NCBI RefSeq assembly: GCF_963921235.1
Contig: NC_086109.1
Span: forward strand, 7,070,001 to 7,134,000
From: Mobula hypostoma
Taxonomy: Eukaryota
DNA length: 64,000 nt
Direction: 5' to 3'
In this document: positions 1 through 12,109 of the stretch, one piece after another
Numbering within the stretch: the stretch's first letter is position 1
How the letters are laid out: every line of letters begins with the position of its first letter
Translations under genes and position numbers: made by a program
The notes under the pieces: model-generated
What the model saw: only the letters and a program-made list of their open reading frames with translations
Database searches by the model: none
Told to the model about the DNA's origin: nothing

Positions 1-277
1 CCCCCACTGCAGGAAACATCCTCTCCACATCCACTCTATCTGTGTGCTCTGGTCCTAGACTCCCCCACGATAGGAAACATCGTCTCCACATCCACTCTAT
101 CTGTGCCCTCTGGTCCTAGATTCCCCCATGATAGGAAACATCCTCTCCGCATCCACTCTATCTGTGCCCTCTGATCCTAGACTCCTCCACCATAGGAAAC
201 ATCCTCTCCACATCCACTCTATCTGTGCCCTCTGGTCCTAGACTCCCCTCACAATAGGAAACATCCTCTCCACATTC
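1..277. repeat. Minisatellite, about 61-bp unit, about 4.5 copies, derived from a CR1 3' segment; window starts inside it
   Basis: AGGAAACATC recurs at 11, 72, 133, 194 and 256. The reverse complement of the unit matches the CR1 DRVDVERMFP..GESRTRGHS coding region. Confidence 0.85.
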
Positions 278-1049
278 CCAGCTCATTGGTACATTGAAAG
301 TGCAGGTTGATAGGTTTTTGATTAATCAGGGTGTCAAATGTTATGGAGAGAAGACAGGAGAATGGGGTTGAGAGGGATAATAAATCAGCCATGTTGCAAT
401 GGCGGAGCAGAATCGATGGGTTGAATGTCTTATGGTTCTAAGGCCTGAGAGTCACAAGCATGTTTCTGGGACTGGGAGGCTTGAATTATTTGGAGAGACT
501 AGATAGGCTGGGAGTGTTTTTCCTGGAGTGAGGGAGGCTGAGGGAGACTTTACAGAATTATAAGAGCCATAGGTAAAGAGAATGGTCACAGTCTGTTTCT
601 CAGCGTGGAGGCGTTCTTAAACCAGAAGCTTCAAGGTGAGAGGGGAGAGATTTCAGGGACACCCGAGGGGCAAGTTTTTCACAGAGCGTGGCGGGTACAC
701 GGAGCGAGCTGTCAGAGGGAGTGGTAGAGACGGGTACAATTGCAACATTCAGAAGACATTCCGACTGTTTCATGGGTAGGAAAGATTTCGAGGATGCAGG
801 GGAAAATGCAGGCAGAGGGGGTTAGAATCTCGGTCTGCATGGATGAGTTGGGCCAAATGGGCAAGTTTGTTCTGTATAATTCTGTTGCCACCAGGAAGGA
901 GGTTCAGGAGCCTGAAGACACACACTCAGTGTTTTAGGAACAGCTTCTTCCTCTCCGCCATCAAATTTCTGAATAGTCCATGATCCCGTGAACACCACCT
1001 CACTGTTCCTCCTTTGCACTGATTATCTGTCTGTCTGTCTGTTACACGA

Positions 1050-1892
1050 TATCAGGAGTGAGATATGCTAACTCGTGGAATGGTGTCGCAGCAACAACCT
1101 GGCACTCAACGTCAGTAAGATGAAGGAGCTGATTGTGGACTTCAGGAAGGGTAAGACGAAGGAACACATACCAATCCTCATAGAGGGATCAGATGTGGAG
1201 AGAGTGAGCAGTTTCAAGTTCCTGGGTGTCAAGATCTCTGGGGATCTAACCTGGTCCCAACACATCGATACAGTTACAAAGCAGGCAAGACAGCGGCTAC
1301 GTTAGGTGTTTGAAGAGATTTGGCATGTCAACAAATACACTCAAAAACTTATATAGTTGTACCATGGAGGGCATTCTAACAGGCTGCATCACAGTCTGGT
1401 ATGGAGGGGCTACTGCACAGGATTGAAAGAAGCTGCAGAGGGTTGTAAATCTAGTCGGCTCCATCTTGGGTATGATCCTTTACAAAGTACCCAGGACATC
1501 TTCAAGGAGCGGTGTCTCAGAAAGGCAGCATCCATTATTAAGGACCTCCAGCACCCAGGGCATGCCCTTTTCTCACTGTTACCGTCAGGTAGGAGGTACA
1601 GAAGCTTGAAGGCACACACTCAGCGATTCTTTCCCTCTGCCATCCAATTCCTAAATGGACATTGAACCTGTGAACTCTACCTCGCTTTTTAATATATAGC
1701 ATTTCTGTTTTTTTGCACATTTTAAAATCTATTCATTATAAATAAACTGTAATTGATTTAGTTATTCATTCATTATTATTATTTTATTTTGTGTTTTTTT
1801 CTTCTGTTTTATGTATTGCATTGAACTGCTGTTGCTAAGTTAACAAATTTCACGATACATACCAGTGATAATAAACCTGATTCTGATTCTGA
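1050..1892 (+). mobile_element. Rex1/Babar-type LINE 3' fragment
   Basis: WCRSNNLALNVSKMKELIVDFRK...FKFLGVKISGDLTW peptide, frameshifts, (TTCTGA)n tail. Confidence 0.8.
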
Positions 1893-2489
1893 TCTAAGTA
1901 TCTGTCTGTCTATCTGTCTATCTGTCTCTGTCTCTGTCTCTCTCTGTCTGTCTGTCTATCTATGTATCTATCTGTCTGTCTATTTTTATGATTTATAGAT
2001 ATTTTCATGTTTTGAACTGTACAGCTGCCACAAAACAAATTTCACGACATTCGCCAGTGACTCTGACGCACTTGCTGCAACAACAGTGTCACATCTGCAC
2101 CAGCAGGGGGCGACAGAGTTCCGGTTGTAGAGTGGAGGAATGAGACGTTCTTCAGAACTGACATTTTTAATATTATTCAACTACTTTGGAACCAAATTTT
2201 CCAGAATGCATGGAGGAGTTCAAGAGGGAGTGAGAACGTCCACAACTCTGCCTGTGCCTCAGGAGAGACACACTGAGCTGGGGTCAGTACAGGATGGACT
2301 CGCGGACTGAGCTCTGGAATCCGGGTACCACCCCATGCAGGAGGCACTGAGGAAGATTGGCCTACACTCATTGGAGGAAGGAGAGAAGGAGAAGTGATTT
2401 GTCTTCTTTTGCACATCTGTTGCTTGTCAGTTTTTATGTATAGTTTCCATAAATTCTACTGTATTTCTTTATTTTCCTGTAAATACAGG

Positions 2490-3170
2490 AAGGAAGGAGG
2501 GGGGAGAAGATGGCGGTGCGCGCGGCCACTCGATGGTGATGTCTGTTATCTGTCAAGTAGGGGACTGTACACAATCCTGATTTGATGGAGACGGACGTGA
2601 GAGTACGGAGGAACATCTGGAAAACTTCTGGAATGCCCGCTTCGCTGCCGCTGCTACTGTGTGGTAACTGGAATCTCCGGAGCAGAAGGCCCCGAAATCC
2701 TCGGCTTTGCTTGTTCCAGCGGCCGGACGAGGTCGAAGGCGCTCGGCAGAGGATGGCGCTCGGGAGGCTGTATCGGAGGGGCTGGTCGGAGGCTCGAAGT
2801 TTTCGGATGGATGGACTCAGTGTCGGCTGTGGTCGGCTGCTTCCAAGGCATCGGCAAGTTGACGGTGCCTGGAGATTTATGGCAGGGAGTTTCTCCCTTT
2901 TGCCGCCTACTATCAGGGACTCAGGAGTTGATCGACTCGGGAACTTTGAGACTTTATTTACTGTGCCCATGGTTTGTTCTTCATCAAATTATGGTACTGC
3001 TTTGCACTGCTGTAACTATATGTTATAATTATGTGGTTCTGTCAGTGTTAGTCTTTGGTTTGTCCTGTTTTCTGTGATATCACTCCGGAGAAACATTGTA
3101 TCATTTCTTAATGCATGTATGCATTTCTAAATGACAATAAAAAGAGGACTGACTGTTCTCATAATCTAAA
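2490..3170 (+). mobile_element. Non-coding, non-tRNA retroposon family A, copy 1
   Basis: Starts GGAGAAGATGGCGG and ends AATAAA...ATAATCTAA; similar to copies at 52472-53151 and 57256-57898. Confidence 0.8.
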
Positions 3171-3218
3171 AAAAGTGCCTGCAAGAAAATGAATCTCAGG
3201 GTAGTTCATGGTATTAGT

Positions 3219-3738
3219 CAGTGGCCACTTTATTAGGTACACCTGTACACCTGCTTGTTAATGCAGATATCTACTCAGCCAATCATATGGCAGCAACTCA
3301 AAAAAGCATGCGGACATGGTCAAGAGGTTCAGCTGTTGCCCAGCCCAAACATCAGAATGGGGAAGAAATGTGATCGAAGTGACTTTGACAGTGGAATGAT
3401 GGTGCCAGACGGGGTGGGGAGTGGTAAAGTGACTCAGTAACTGCTGATCTGTTGGGATTTTCATGCACGGAGTTTGCAGAGAATGGCGCGAAGAAAAACC
3501 ATCTGGTTAGCAGCAGTTCAGTGGGAAAACACTTTGTTAATGAGAGAGGTCGGAGGAGAATGGCCAGACTGGTTCAAGCTGACAGGAAGGCGACAGTAAC
3601 TCAAATAACCATGTGTTACAACAGTGGTGTGCAGAAGAGCGTCTCCGAATGCACAACATGATGGAGCTTGAACTGGATGGGCTACAACAGCATCAACCAC
3701 ACTGGTTTCCTCTCCTGTACTTATAATGTGGCCACTGA
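3219..3738 (+). mobile_element. Tc1-derived non-autonomous DNA transposon
   Basis: TIR CAGTGGCCACTTTATTAGGTACA / ...GTGGCCACTGA; remnant transposase start MGKKCDRSDFD. Confidence 0.8.
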
Positions 3739-3743
3739 TGTAT

Positions 3744-4122
3744 GTGGGTCGCGGGGTGGAGATGTGTCTATACCAAAGCTGCTGTAAGGTGCTCCTTCCC
3801 TCCGCTAGCCTGCAGGTCCCCCTTGGGCAAGGTGTAGCACCTGCTTAGCCCCCGATCAGGGTCATGTGAAGCCATGAGGGCAGGTGGTGGTTGGCTGTAC
3901 GAGCAGCTGGTGCATATCACAAGTCCTGGTTATGCCACCACTGACGCCAGGCAGACAATCTCTGAAGAGTATGGACAATGGCTGGGGTCACCCGTCTTGT
4001 AAAGAGACTGCCCAGAAGAAAGGCAATGGCAAACCACTTCTGTAGAAACATTTGCCAAGAGCAGTCATGGTCATGGAAAGACCACGATCGCCCACGTCAT
4101 ACAACCCGGCACATAATGATGA
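3744..4122 (+). mobile_element. RTE-related short non-autonomous retroelement family B, copy 1
   Basis: Contains the RTE 5'UTR-like motif AGGCAATGGCAAACCACTTC and an (ATG)n tail; second copy at 61113-61465 minus. Confidence 0.7.
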
Positions 4123-4719
4123 TGTTATACACCACGGCACACAGTGATGATGTCATATGACACAGCACATAATGAACGAACGAAGTGACTATATACGTAC
4201 TTTAGTAGTAAGTTCACTTTGTCTTTGACTGTGAGCAGTGTCTGTGGGGGGTCGGGGGGGGGTAGAAAATCATTCACGTTTCAGGTTGACACCCTGCATA
4301 AGGACTGAGAGTGGGAAGGGGAGGTGGCCGGTTCAGAGAGGAGGGAGGGGTAGGTGAGACAGGAGCCCAAGGAGACTGGTGCACTGAGGAGGGGTGGGAT
4401 GGTTTATAGTTTACTGTTATTGGATTATTACTGTCACCTGTACCGAGTCACAGTGAAAAGCTGGTCTTGCATAGTGTTCATATAGATTGGGTCAGTACAC
4501 AGTGCGTTGAGGTAGAACAAGATCAAACAGCTATGTAGGATGAGTGAGTTAGTGAGGTCTCTGTCGGTCAGGATCGACCATGGATGCTGCGTCCCGGCTG
4601 TCTAGATATGCAAGCCAGGGCAGTACGATATGGAGAGCAAGCTGTTGCCCATGTAGCAAGCCCCACCTCTCCACGCATCTGATGAATCCAAAGGAACAGC
4701 AGAGACTTTATAAATCTAT

Positions 4720-5560
4720 AAATTTTCCAATGACACAACTGTTGTTGGCAGAATTTCAGATGGCATACAGGAGTGAGATAGATCAGCTGGTCATGTGGTG
4801 TCGTAGCAACAGCCTTGCACTCAATGTCAGTAAGACCGAGGAATTGATTGTGGACTTCAGGAAGGATAGATCAAAGGAACACACACCAGTCCTCATCGAG
4901 GGATCAGAAGTGGATAGGGTGAGCATTTTCAAGTTCCTGGGTGTCAGCATCTCTCAGGATCTATCCTAGGCCCAAAGTATTGATGCAGTTACTAAGAAGG
5001 AACAACAGTGGCTATATTTCATTTGGAGTTTGAGGAGATTTGGTATATCTCTGAAGGGACTCACAAATATCTGCAGATGTACCACTGGGGGCATTCTGAC
5101 TGGCTGCATCACCACCTGGTGTGGCGGTGGGGGGGGGGGGCGCACTGCACAGGATCAGAAAAAGCTGCAGAAAGTTGTAAACTCAGCCAGATCCATCATG
5201 GGCAGTCTCCTTCTCAACATCGAGGACACCTTCGAAAGGTGATGCCTCAGAAAGGCAGCGTCCATCATCCCCGTCACCCAGGATAGGCCCTCTTCTCACT
5301 CCTACCATCAAGGAGGAGATACAGGAGCCTGAAGGCACACACTCAACGATTCAGGAACAGCTTCTCCCCCTCGGCCATCAGATTTCTGAATGGACAATAA
5401 ACCCATGGACACCACCTCAGCTTTTTGGATTACTTATATAATTTATTTTTTATATGTATTTACTTCTGATTGTAATTAATAGTCGATGTATTGCGATGTC
5501 CTGCTGCTACAAAACAACAAATTTCGCAGCACATGCTGGTGATATTAAACCTGATTCTGA
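4720..5560 (+). mobile_element. Rex1/Babar-type LINE 3' fragment
   Basis: WCRSNSLALNVSKTEELIVDFRK peptide; ATTAAACCTGATTCTGA tail. Confidence 0.75.
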
Positions 5561-6305
5561 ATTGCTTTGACACGCTTTTTGCTTTGCTCCTGGCTGCTGT
5601 GCCCTCAGAGGTTGTGTGATACAGAGAGAAAGGGGAGTGGGAGAGGGCCATTCAGCCCCTCAGACCCCGTCTGACATTCACAGAAATCATTGCCTCATCC
5701 TCCCCCCCCACCCCCGTGGCTCTTCCTCATCCTCCCCCACCCACCCCCGTGGCTCTTCCTCATCCTCCCCCCCCCCCCGTGGCTCTTAGTACCTGGTAAA
5801 CTGAAAGCTATCAATCATAACGTCGACCGATCTTTTCCACGGATGCTGCCCGACCTGCTGAGTTCTCCAGCATGTTGTGAGTGTTGCTTTGACCCCAGCA
5901 TCTGCAGATTATTTTGTGCTTAGGTATCAATCTTCGATTTAAACAGAAGGGCTCACCCGGTTTAAATCTCTTTTAGAGTGTGGATATGTATGAGAGAGTG
6001 TGTGAGTGAGAGTATGTGTGAGTGTGTGAGTGTGTGTCTGTGTCCACATGCACATATGATCATCTAACGGGTTGTAAACTCACTTTGGAAAACCTGGACC
6101 CTGAATTTTGAGTCTTGAGTCACTATCTCCCCGACCATCATGAATCGTCCATCCAGTCCGTTCACCGGGACAGAGTCACAGAGCGACACAGCACAGAGAC
6201 AGGCCCAATGGGTGCATGCTGACCATGGAGCCCACACAGCTAGTCCCGATTTCCTGCACTTGGCCCATATCCCTCAAGGAACCCCTATCCATGCACCTAT
6301 CCAAG

Positions 6306-6482
6306 GGGAGGGAACCTCGACTCAGACCATGAGAGGCCTGCGTCGGGCATTTTCATACCTTAGAAGGCTCAGATTGGAAGTCTGTGTGGGGCACCACTCC
6401 TCACACAGACTAGAGCAATGTGTGGTTAAGTGCCTCGCTCAAGGGCACAAACACGCTGCCACAGCTGAGGCTCGAACTAGCG
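6306..6482 (-). mobile_element. 5'-truncated tRNA-derived SINE with 11-bp TSD
   Basis: B-box-like GTTCGAGCC followed by CORE-like GTGCCCTTGAGCGAGGCACTTAACC; TSD ACCTATCCAAG at 6295-6305 and 6483-6493. Confidence 0.7.
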
Positions 6483-6844
6483 ACCTATCCAAGTGCTTCT
6501 TAAATGATATTATTGTACCACCTCCTCTGACTGCTTGGTTCACGTGTACTTGATTCCACTCAGTAATACTTTAAGAAGTGTTGCTAAGTCACCCTTGACT
6601 TTCTAATGTCTCGGAATACAACCACGGATGCTCTCTGTAATCTTTGAATGGCACTTGGGAAAAGATGATGTGACTGGATGGCACTGTGACACAGTGGTGG
6701 AGCTTCTGTCTTACAGTGCCAGAGTCCTGGCTTCGATCGCTGTCTGTGTGGAGTTTGTACGTTCTCCCTGAGAGTTTTCCCACTCACATCACAAAGATGG
6801 TGTGTGTCGGAGGGCTGGAGAACTGATGGGAATGTGGGGAGAAC

Positions 6845-7190
6845 AGGAGACATGGTAGCGTAGTGGTTAGCACAGCATCTTACAGTACAGGGGACCCCGG
6901 TTCAGTTCCTGTCACTGCATGTACGGAGTTTGTACGTTCTCCCTGTGACCGCGTGGATTTTCCCCGGGTGCTCCGGTTTCCTCCCACATACTGGTTGGTA
7001 GGTTCATTGGTGATTGTACGTTGTCCCGGGATTAGGCCAGGATTGCTGGGTGGCACGGCTTGAAGGCTGGAGGGGCCTATTCCATGTTGTAGCTCAATAA
7101 ACAAATAAATAATAAAAAATGGGATTAGTGTAAATGAATGGTTGATGGTCAGCATGAACTTGATGGGCTGAATGGCCTGTTCCTATATCT
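6845..7190 (+). mobile_element. HE1-like V-SINE; related copies near 6680, 24110, 25470-25720 (minus), 37750 and 45385
   Basis: tRNA-like head TAGCGTAGTGG...GGTTCAGTTCC, then V-domain-like GGAGTTTGTACGTTCTCCCTGTGACCGCGTGG...GGTTTCCTCCCACA. Confidence 0.75.
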
Positions 7191-7684
7191 CCTTGCTGAC
7201 AATGGGCGTTTTTTGCCCTGCTAATATGGTGAACTGAGATGGCTAATATGAGTAGGCTTGGGCCTGCTCCAGGATGCAGAGCGGAGCCAGGAACTCTGGT
7301 TTAGAATGATGTCGTTTGTTTCTCTTGTTTGTTTTTTTTCCCCTCTCTTATGGTCTTTTTTAAAAATTGGGTTCTTTGCTTTGTTGGCTGCCTGTAAGCA
7401 AACAAATCTCAAGGTGTATAATTTGCACATTCTTCGATAATAAAGGTACTGAATCTGTGAATCCCTTCAGGCAATAATGAGACAGGGAGGCGTAAAAACA
7501 CTACCCACATCAGCTAGAGGCCCTGATCATCAAGGGGAATGTGATGGGAATGACTTTCTCAGAGCTCTGCTCAACAATATACATCACACATCGCCCAGGG
7601 CAAGATGGTCTCGATGAGCCATGCAACATTTTATAAAAGGTTCCAGATCTGGAATTAATCGAGAGGATGCACAGAAAACTATTT

Positions 7685-7690
7685 TTTATT
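7685..7690 (-). terminator. Candidate polyadenylation signal AATAAA for FMOD
   Basis: TTTATT on the + strand about 105 nt downstream of the stop, in unique sequence; usage unverified. Confidence 0.45.
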
Positions 7691-7794
7691 TCTTGTATCA
7701 GACCCCATGCTACAGGAATAACAGGCAAGCTAGCTAGCCGTTATGCGCTCGGCTATAGAGGAGAGATTGTACCAGTGCGCTAGGTGAACATGTG

Positions 7795-7946
7795 TTAAAT
7801 GTCTATGATTCTTGCTTGCCGGAGACAGTGATGGATTTCGTCCGGTAATGTCTCGTGTCTGATGCCGTTCCCATCCAGGCGGAGCACCCTTATCTTGGAG
7901 AAGTTCATGATCCCCATGGTTCCACAGAAGCTGTCCATTTTGATCT
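7795..7946 (-). CDS. FMOD: Fibromodulin last coding exon (C-terminal ear repeat and Cys pair)
   Basis: Acceptor TTTGCAG at 7948-7947. G+AG restores Glu in frame. Translation EIKMDSFCGTMGIMNFSKIRVLRLDGNGIRHETLPDEIHHCLRQARIIDI* resembles the FMOD C-terminus (SFC...NFSKL.VLRLDGN...CLR.A..IEI). Stop TAA at 7797-7795. Spliced protein is 355 aa. Confidence 0.93.
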
Positions 7947-10195
7947 CTGCAAACACCACAAAAACACAAAGATCAGAGGCACACGTACCTTGCAGGCAGC
8001 CGCAGGGAGGATCAAGTGTTGGACCAAAATGTACACAGATTTGTTTTTCAGAATGTGTCCTTCTAGCTGAGGCCAATGTTTATTCCCTAACTGGCCTTAA
8101 GACCAAGTAGCTTGTTGGGCTTTTGAGTCAAGGTTATTGGTAGCTCAGGAGTCACAAGATCCAGCTAGTGGCTGCTCTGTCTGAAGGGTACCAACTATCC
8201 ACCTCTGTTCGCCCGCCTTTGTTTTTGCTTTTCCTCCATTCTTGTGGCCCTCTCACGCCTTCTCTTCCTCTCATGACTTGCCAATCTTCTCCTTCCTTCC
8301 CTTTCACCAAATGATCCACTCTCCTCTCCTATCGGATTTCTTCTTCTTCAGCCAATAGTAACACGGACATCGAGGAGCAGACAGGGAGACAGATTCTGGA
8401 AAGGTGTAATAATAACAGGGTTGTCGTGGTGAGAGATGTTAATTTCCTAAATATTGATTGACATCTCCCTAGAACAAGGGGTTTAGATGGGGTGGAGTTT
8501 GTTAGGTGTGTTCAGGAAGGTTTCCTAACAGCATGTAGATAAGCCTACAAGAAGAGAGGCTATACTTGATCTGGTATTGGGAAATGAACTTGGTCAGCTG
8601 TCAGGTTTCTCAGTGGGAGAGCATTTTGGAGATCGTGATCACAATTCTATCTCTTTTACCATAGCATTGGAGAGGGATAGGAACAGACAAGTTAGGAAAG
8701 CGTTTAATTGGAGTAAGGGGAAATATGAAGTTATCAGGCAGGAACTTGGAAGCATAAATTGGGAACAGATGTTCTCAGGGAAATTAATGACAGAAATGTG
8801 GCAAGTATTCGGGGATATTTGCGTGGCATTCTGCATAGGTAAATTCCAGTGAGATAGGGAGAGGATCGTAGGGTACAGGAACCGTGGGGTACAAAAGCTG
8901 TTGAAAATCTAGTCAAGAAGAAAAGAAAAGCTTACTAAAGGTTAAAAAAAACTAGGTAATGATAGAGATCTAGAAGATTATAAGGCTAACAGGAAGGAGC
9001 TTAAGAATGAAATTAGGAGAGCCAGAAGGGGCCATGAGAAGGCCTTGGTGGACAGGATTAAGGAAAACCCCAAGGCATTCTACAAGTATGTGAAGAGCAA
9101 GAGGATAAGAGGTGAGAGAATAGGACCAATCAAGTGTGACAGTGGAAAAGTGTGTATGGAATGAGAGGAGATAGCAGAGGTACTTAATGAGTACTTTGCT
9201 TCAGTATTCACTACAGAAAAGGATCTTGGTGATTGTGGTGATGACTTACAGCAGACTGAAAAGCTTGAGCATACAGACATTAAGAAAGAGGATGTGCTGG
9301 AGCTTTTGGAAAGCATCAAGTTGGATAACTCACTGGGACCAGACAAGATTCACCCCAGGCTACCGTGGGAGGAAAGAGAGAAGATTGCTGAGCCTCTGGC
9401 AATGATCTTTGCATCAGTAACGGGGACGGGAGAGGATCAGGAGGATTGGAGAGTTGTAGATGTTGTTCCCTTATTCAAGAAAGGGAGTAGAGATAGCCCA
9501 GGAAATTAATCAGTGGTTGGTAATTTGATGGAGAAGATCCTGAGAGGCAGGATTTATGAACATTTGGAGAGGCATAATGTGATTAGAAATAGTCAGCATG
9601 ACTTTGTCAAGTGCAAGTTGTGCCTTACGAGCCTGACTGAATTTTTTGGGGATGTGACTAAACACATTGATGAAGGTAAAGCAGTAGATGTAGTGTATAT
9701 GGATTTCAGCAAGGCACTTGATAAGGTACCCCATGCAAGGCTTATTGAGAAAATAAGGAGGCATGGGATCCAAGGGGACCTTGCTTTGTGGGTCCAAAAC
9801 TGGCTTGCCCACAGAAGCAAAGAGTGTTTGGAGATGGGTCATATGCTGCATGGAGGTCGGTGACAAGTGGTGTGCCTCAGGGATTTGTTCTGGGACTAGT
9901 TCTCTTCGTGATCTTTATAAATGACCTGGATGAGGAAGTGGAGGATGGGTTAGTAAGTTTGCTGATGACATAAAGGTTGGGGGTGTTGTGGATAGTGTGG
10001 AGGGCTGTCAGAGATTACAGCAGGACATCGATAGGATGTAAAACTGGGCTGAGAAGTGGCAGATGGAGTTCAACCCAGATAAGTGTGAGGTGGTTGATTT
10101 TGATAGGTCAAATATGATGGCAAATGTAATATTAATGGTAAGACTCTTGGCAGTGTGGAGGATCAGAGGGATCTTGGCATCCGAAGACCATAGGG

Positions 10196-11062
10196 CAGCG
10201 GTCCCCAACCACCAGGCCGCGGACCGGTACCAGGCCACAAAGCACGTGCTACTGGGCTGCGAGGAAATGATACGAGTCAGCTGCACCTTTCCTCATTCTC
10301 TGTCACGCACTGTTGAACTTGAACATAGGGTTGCCAACTGTCCTGTATTAGCCAGGACATCCCTTATATTGGGCTAAATTGGTTTGTCCCATACGGGATC
10401 GCCCCTGTCCTGTATTTCCCCCACTAAAGTAAAGCGTTCCTATGAAACCTTTCGTGCAGAAATGGCATAAAGCGAAGACGCAATTACCATTAATTTATAT
10501 GGGAAAAATTTTTGAGTGTTCCCAGACCCCAAAAAACCTTCCAAATCATACCAAATAACACATAAGACCTAAAATAACTCTAACATATAGTAAAAGCAGG
10601 AATGATATGATAAATGCACAGCCTATATAAAGTAGAAATAATGTATGTACAGTGTAGTCAGGAAGATTAAGGTAAAACCGATTTGTGGAAAAAAATCCGC
10701 ACATACGCGCATGCGCACGTCATGTATGCCCACACAGGTGCCCGCGCAAGGCTTCATGGTCATGTATGCCCACACAGGTGCCCGCGCAAGGCTTCATGGT
10801 CATGTATGCCCACACAGGTGCCCGCGCAAGGCTTCATGGTCATGGTAGTTCTTCCTGGGGTAAACACAAGTGTCCCGGGATTTGACTGCTACTTTTGTCC
10901 CTTATTTGGGAGTGAGAAAGTTGGCAACCCTAACTGTAAAAGACTGAAGTGAGTTTAACCCTACTTGAACACCCCCCCCCCCCGCCCCCCCCGGTGGCTG
11001 GTCTGCAAGAATATTGTCAATATTAAACCGGTCCGTGGTGCAAAAATGGTTGGGCACCCCTG
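10196..11062. mobile_element. hAT (Charlie-like TIR) non-autonomous element with 8-bp TSD
   Basis: TIRs CAGCGGTCCCCAACC / GGTTGGGCACCCCTG; perfect TSD CCATAGGG at 10188-10195 and 11063-11070. Confidence 0.9.
10326..10932. mobile_element. Nested hAT MITE (TAGGGTTGCCAAC TIR, Blackjack-like), copy 1, with internal 3 x 40-bp tandem
   Basis: TAGGGTTGCCAAC...GTTGGCAACCCTA; homologous to 21948-22496; 40-bp unit at 10721, 10761 and 10801. Confidence 0.85.
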
Positions 11063-12109
11063 CCATAGGGCACTCAAAGCTGCTGCGCAGGTTGACTCTG
11101 TGGTTAAGAAGGCATACGATGCATTGGCCTTCATCAACTGTGGGATTGGGTTTAAGAGCCGAGAGGTAATGTTGCAGCAATATAGGTCTGTGGTCAGACC
11201 CCACTTGGAGTACTGTGCTCAGTTCTGGTTGTCTCACTACAGGAAGGATGTGGAAACCATAGAAAGGGTGCAGAGGAGGTTTACAAGGATGTTGCCTGGA
11301 TTGGGGAGCATGCCTTATGAGAATAGGTTGAGTGAACTCGGCCTTTTCTCCTTGGAGTGACGGAGGATGAGAGGTGACCTGATAGAGGTGTTTAAGATGT
11401 TAAGAGGCATTGATCGTGTGGATAGTCAGAGGCTTTTTCCCAGGGCTGAAATGGCTAACACGAGAGGACACAGTTTTAATGTGCTTGGAAGTAGGTACAG
11501 AGGAGATGTCAGAGTTAAGTTTTTTACGCAGAGAGTGGTGAGTGTGTGGAATGAGCTGCCGGCGACGGTGGTGGAGGTGAATACGATAGGGTCCTTTAAG
11601 AGACTCCTGGACAGGTGCATGGAGCTTAGAAAAATAGAGGGCTATGGGTAACCCGAGGTAACTTCTAAAGTAAGTACATGTTCAGCACAGCATTGTGGGC
11701 CGAAGGGCCTGTATAGTGCTGTAAGTTTTCTATGTTTCTATGTCATTACATGACAGGAATGGACGTACCTTTGTAATATTTCTATGTGTAGAAATGCTGC
11801 TTTAGTCACTTTCTTTATGCGGGGTTTAAAATTCAAATCTGAATCAGGGATAACACCCAGGCTAGTTATTTCTGATTTTACAAGGGGAGCCACGTTCCCA
11901 AGTTTATCTAGAAGTTTATCGCTTTTGGCTTTGGGACCAACCAAAAATATTTCAATTATATTACCCGTGGAACCAAAGGAACCAACACACTCGGCCACTG
12001 TTACACCACCACTCTGAATGCTTACCGTGCCATCCCACGCACACACTTTGCAACCTCCAATCACCTGGCTGCGCTTCTGTGTATCTGCAGAGACTAAAGA
12101 CTGCAGCAC

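Larger units (their letters stand above)
8360..11741 (+). mobile_element. Degraded CR1 LINE ORF2 (endonuclease remnant to 3' tail) in FMOD intron 2, antisense to the gene and interrupted by a hAT insertion
   Basis: Peptides HFGDRDHNSI, EDWRVVDVVPLFKKG, VDVVYMDFSKALDKVPH, FADD (TTTGCTGATGAC near 9958-9969), RPHLEYCAQFW; (TTTCTATG)n tail. Confidence 0.9.

Noticed and set aside
2582..3028. 148-aa ORF shared with 52618-53073 as a possible novel gene
   Set aside because: The similarity is explained by recent repeat copies; the third copy is disrupted and no domain is recognisable
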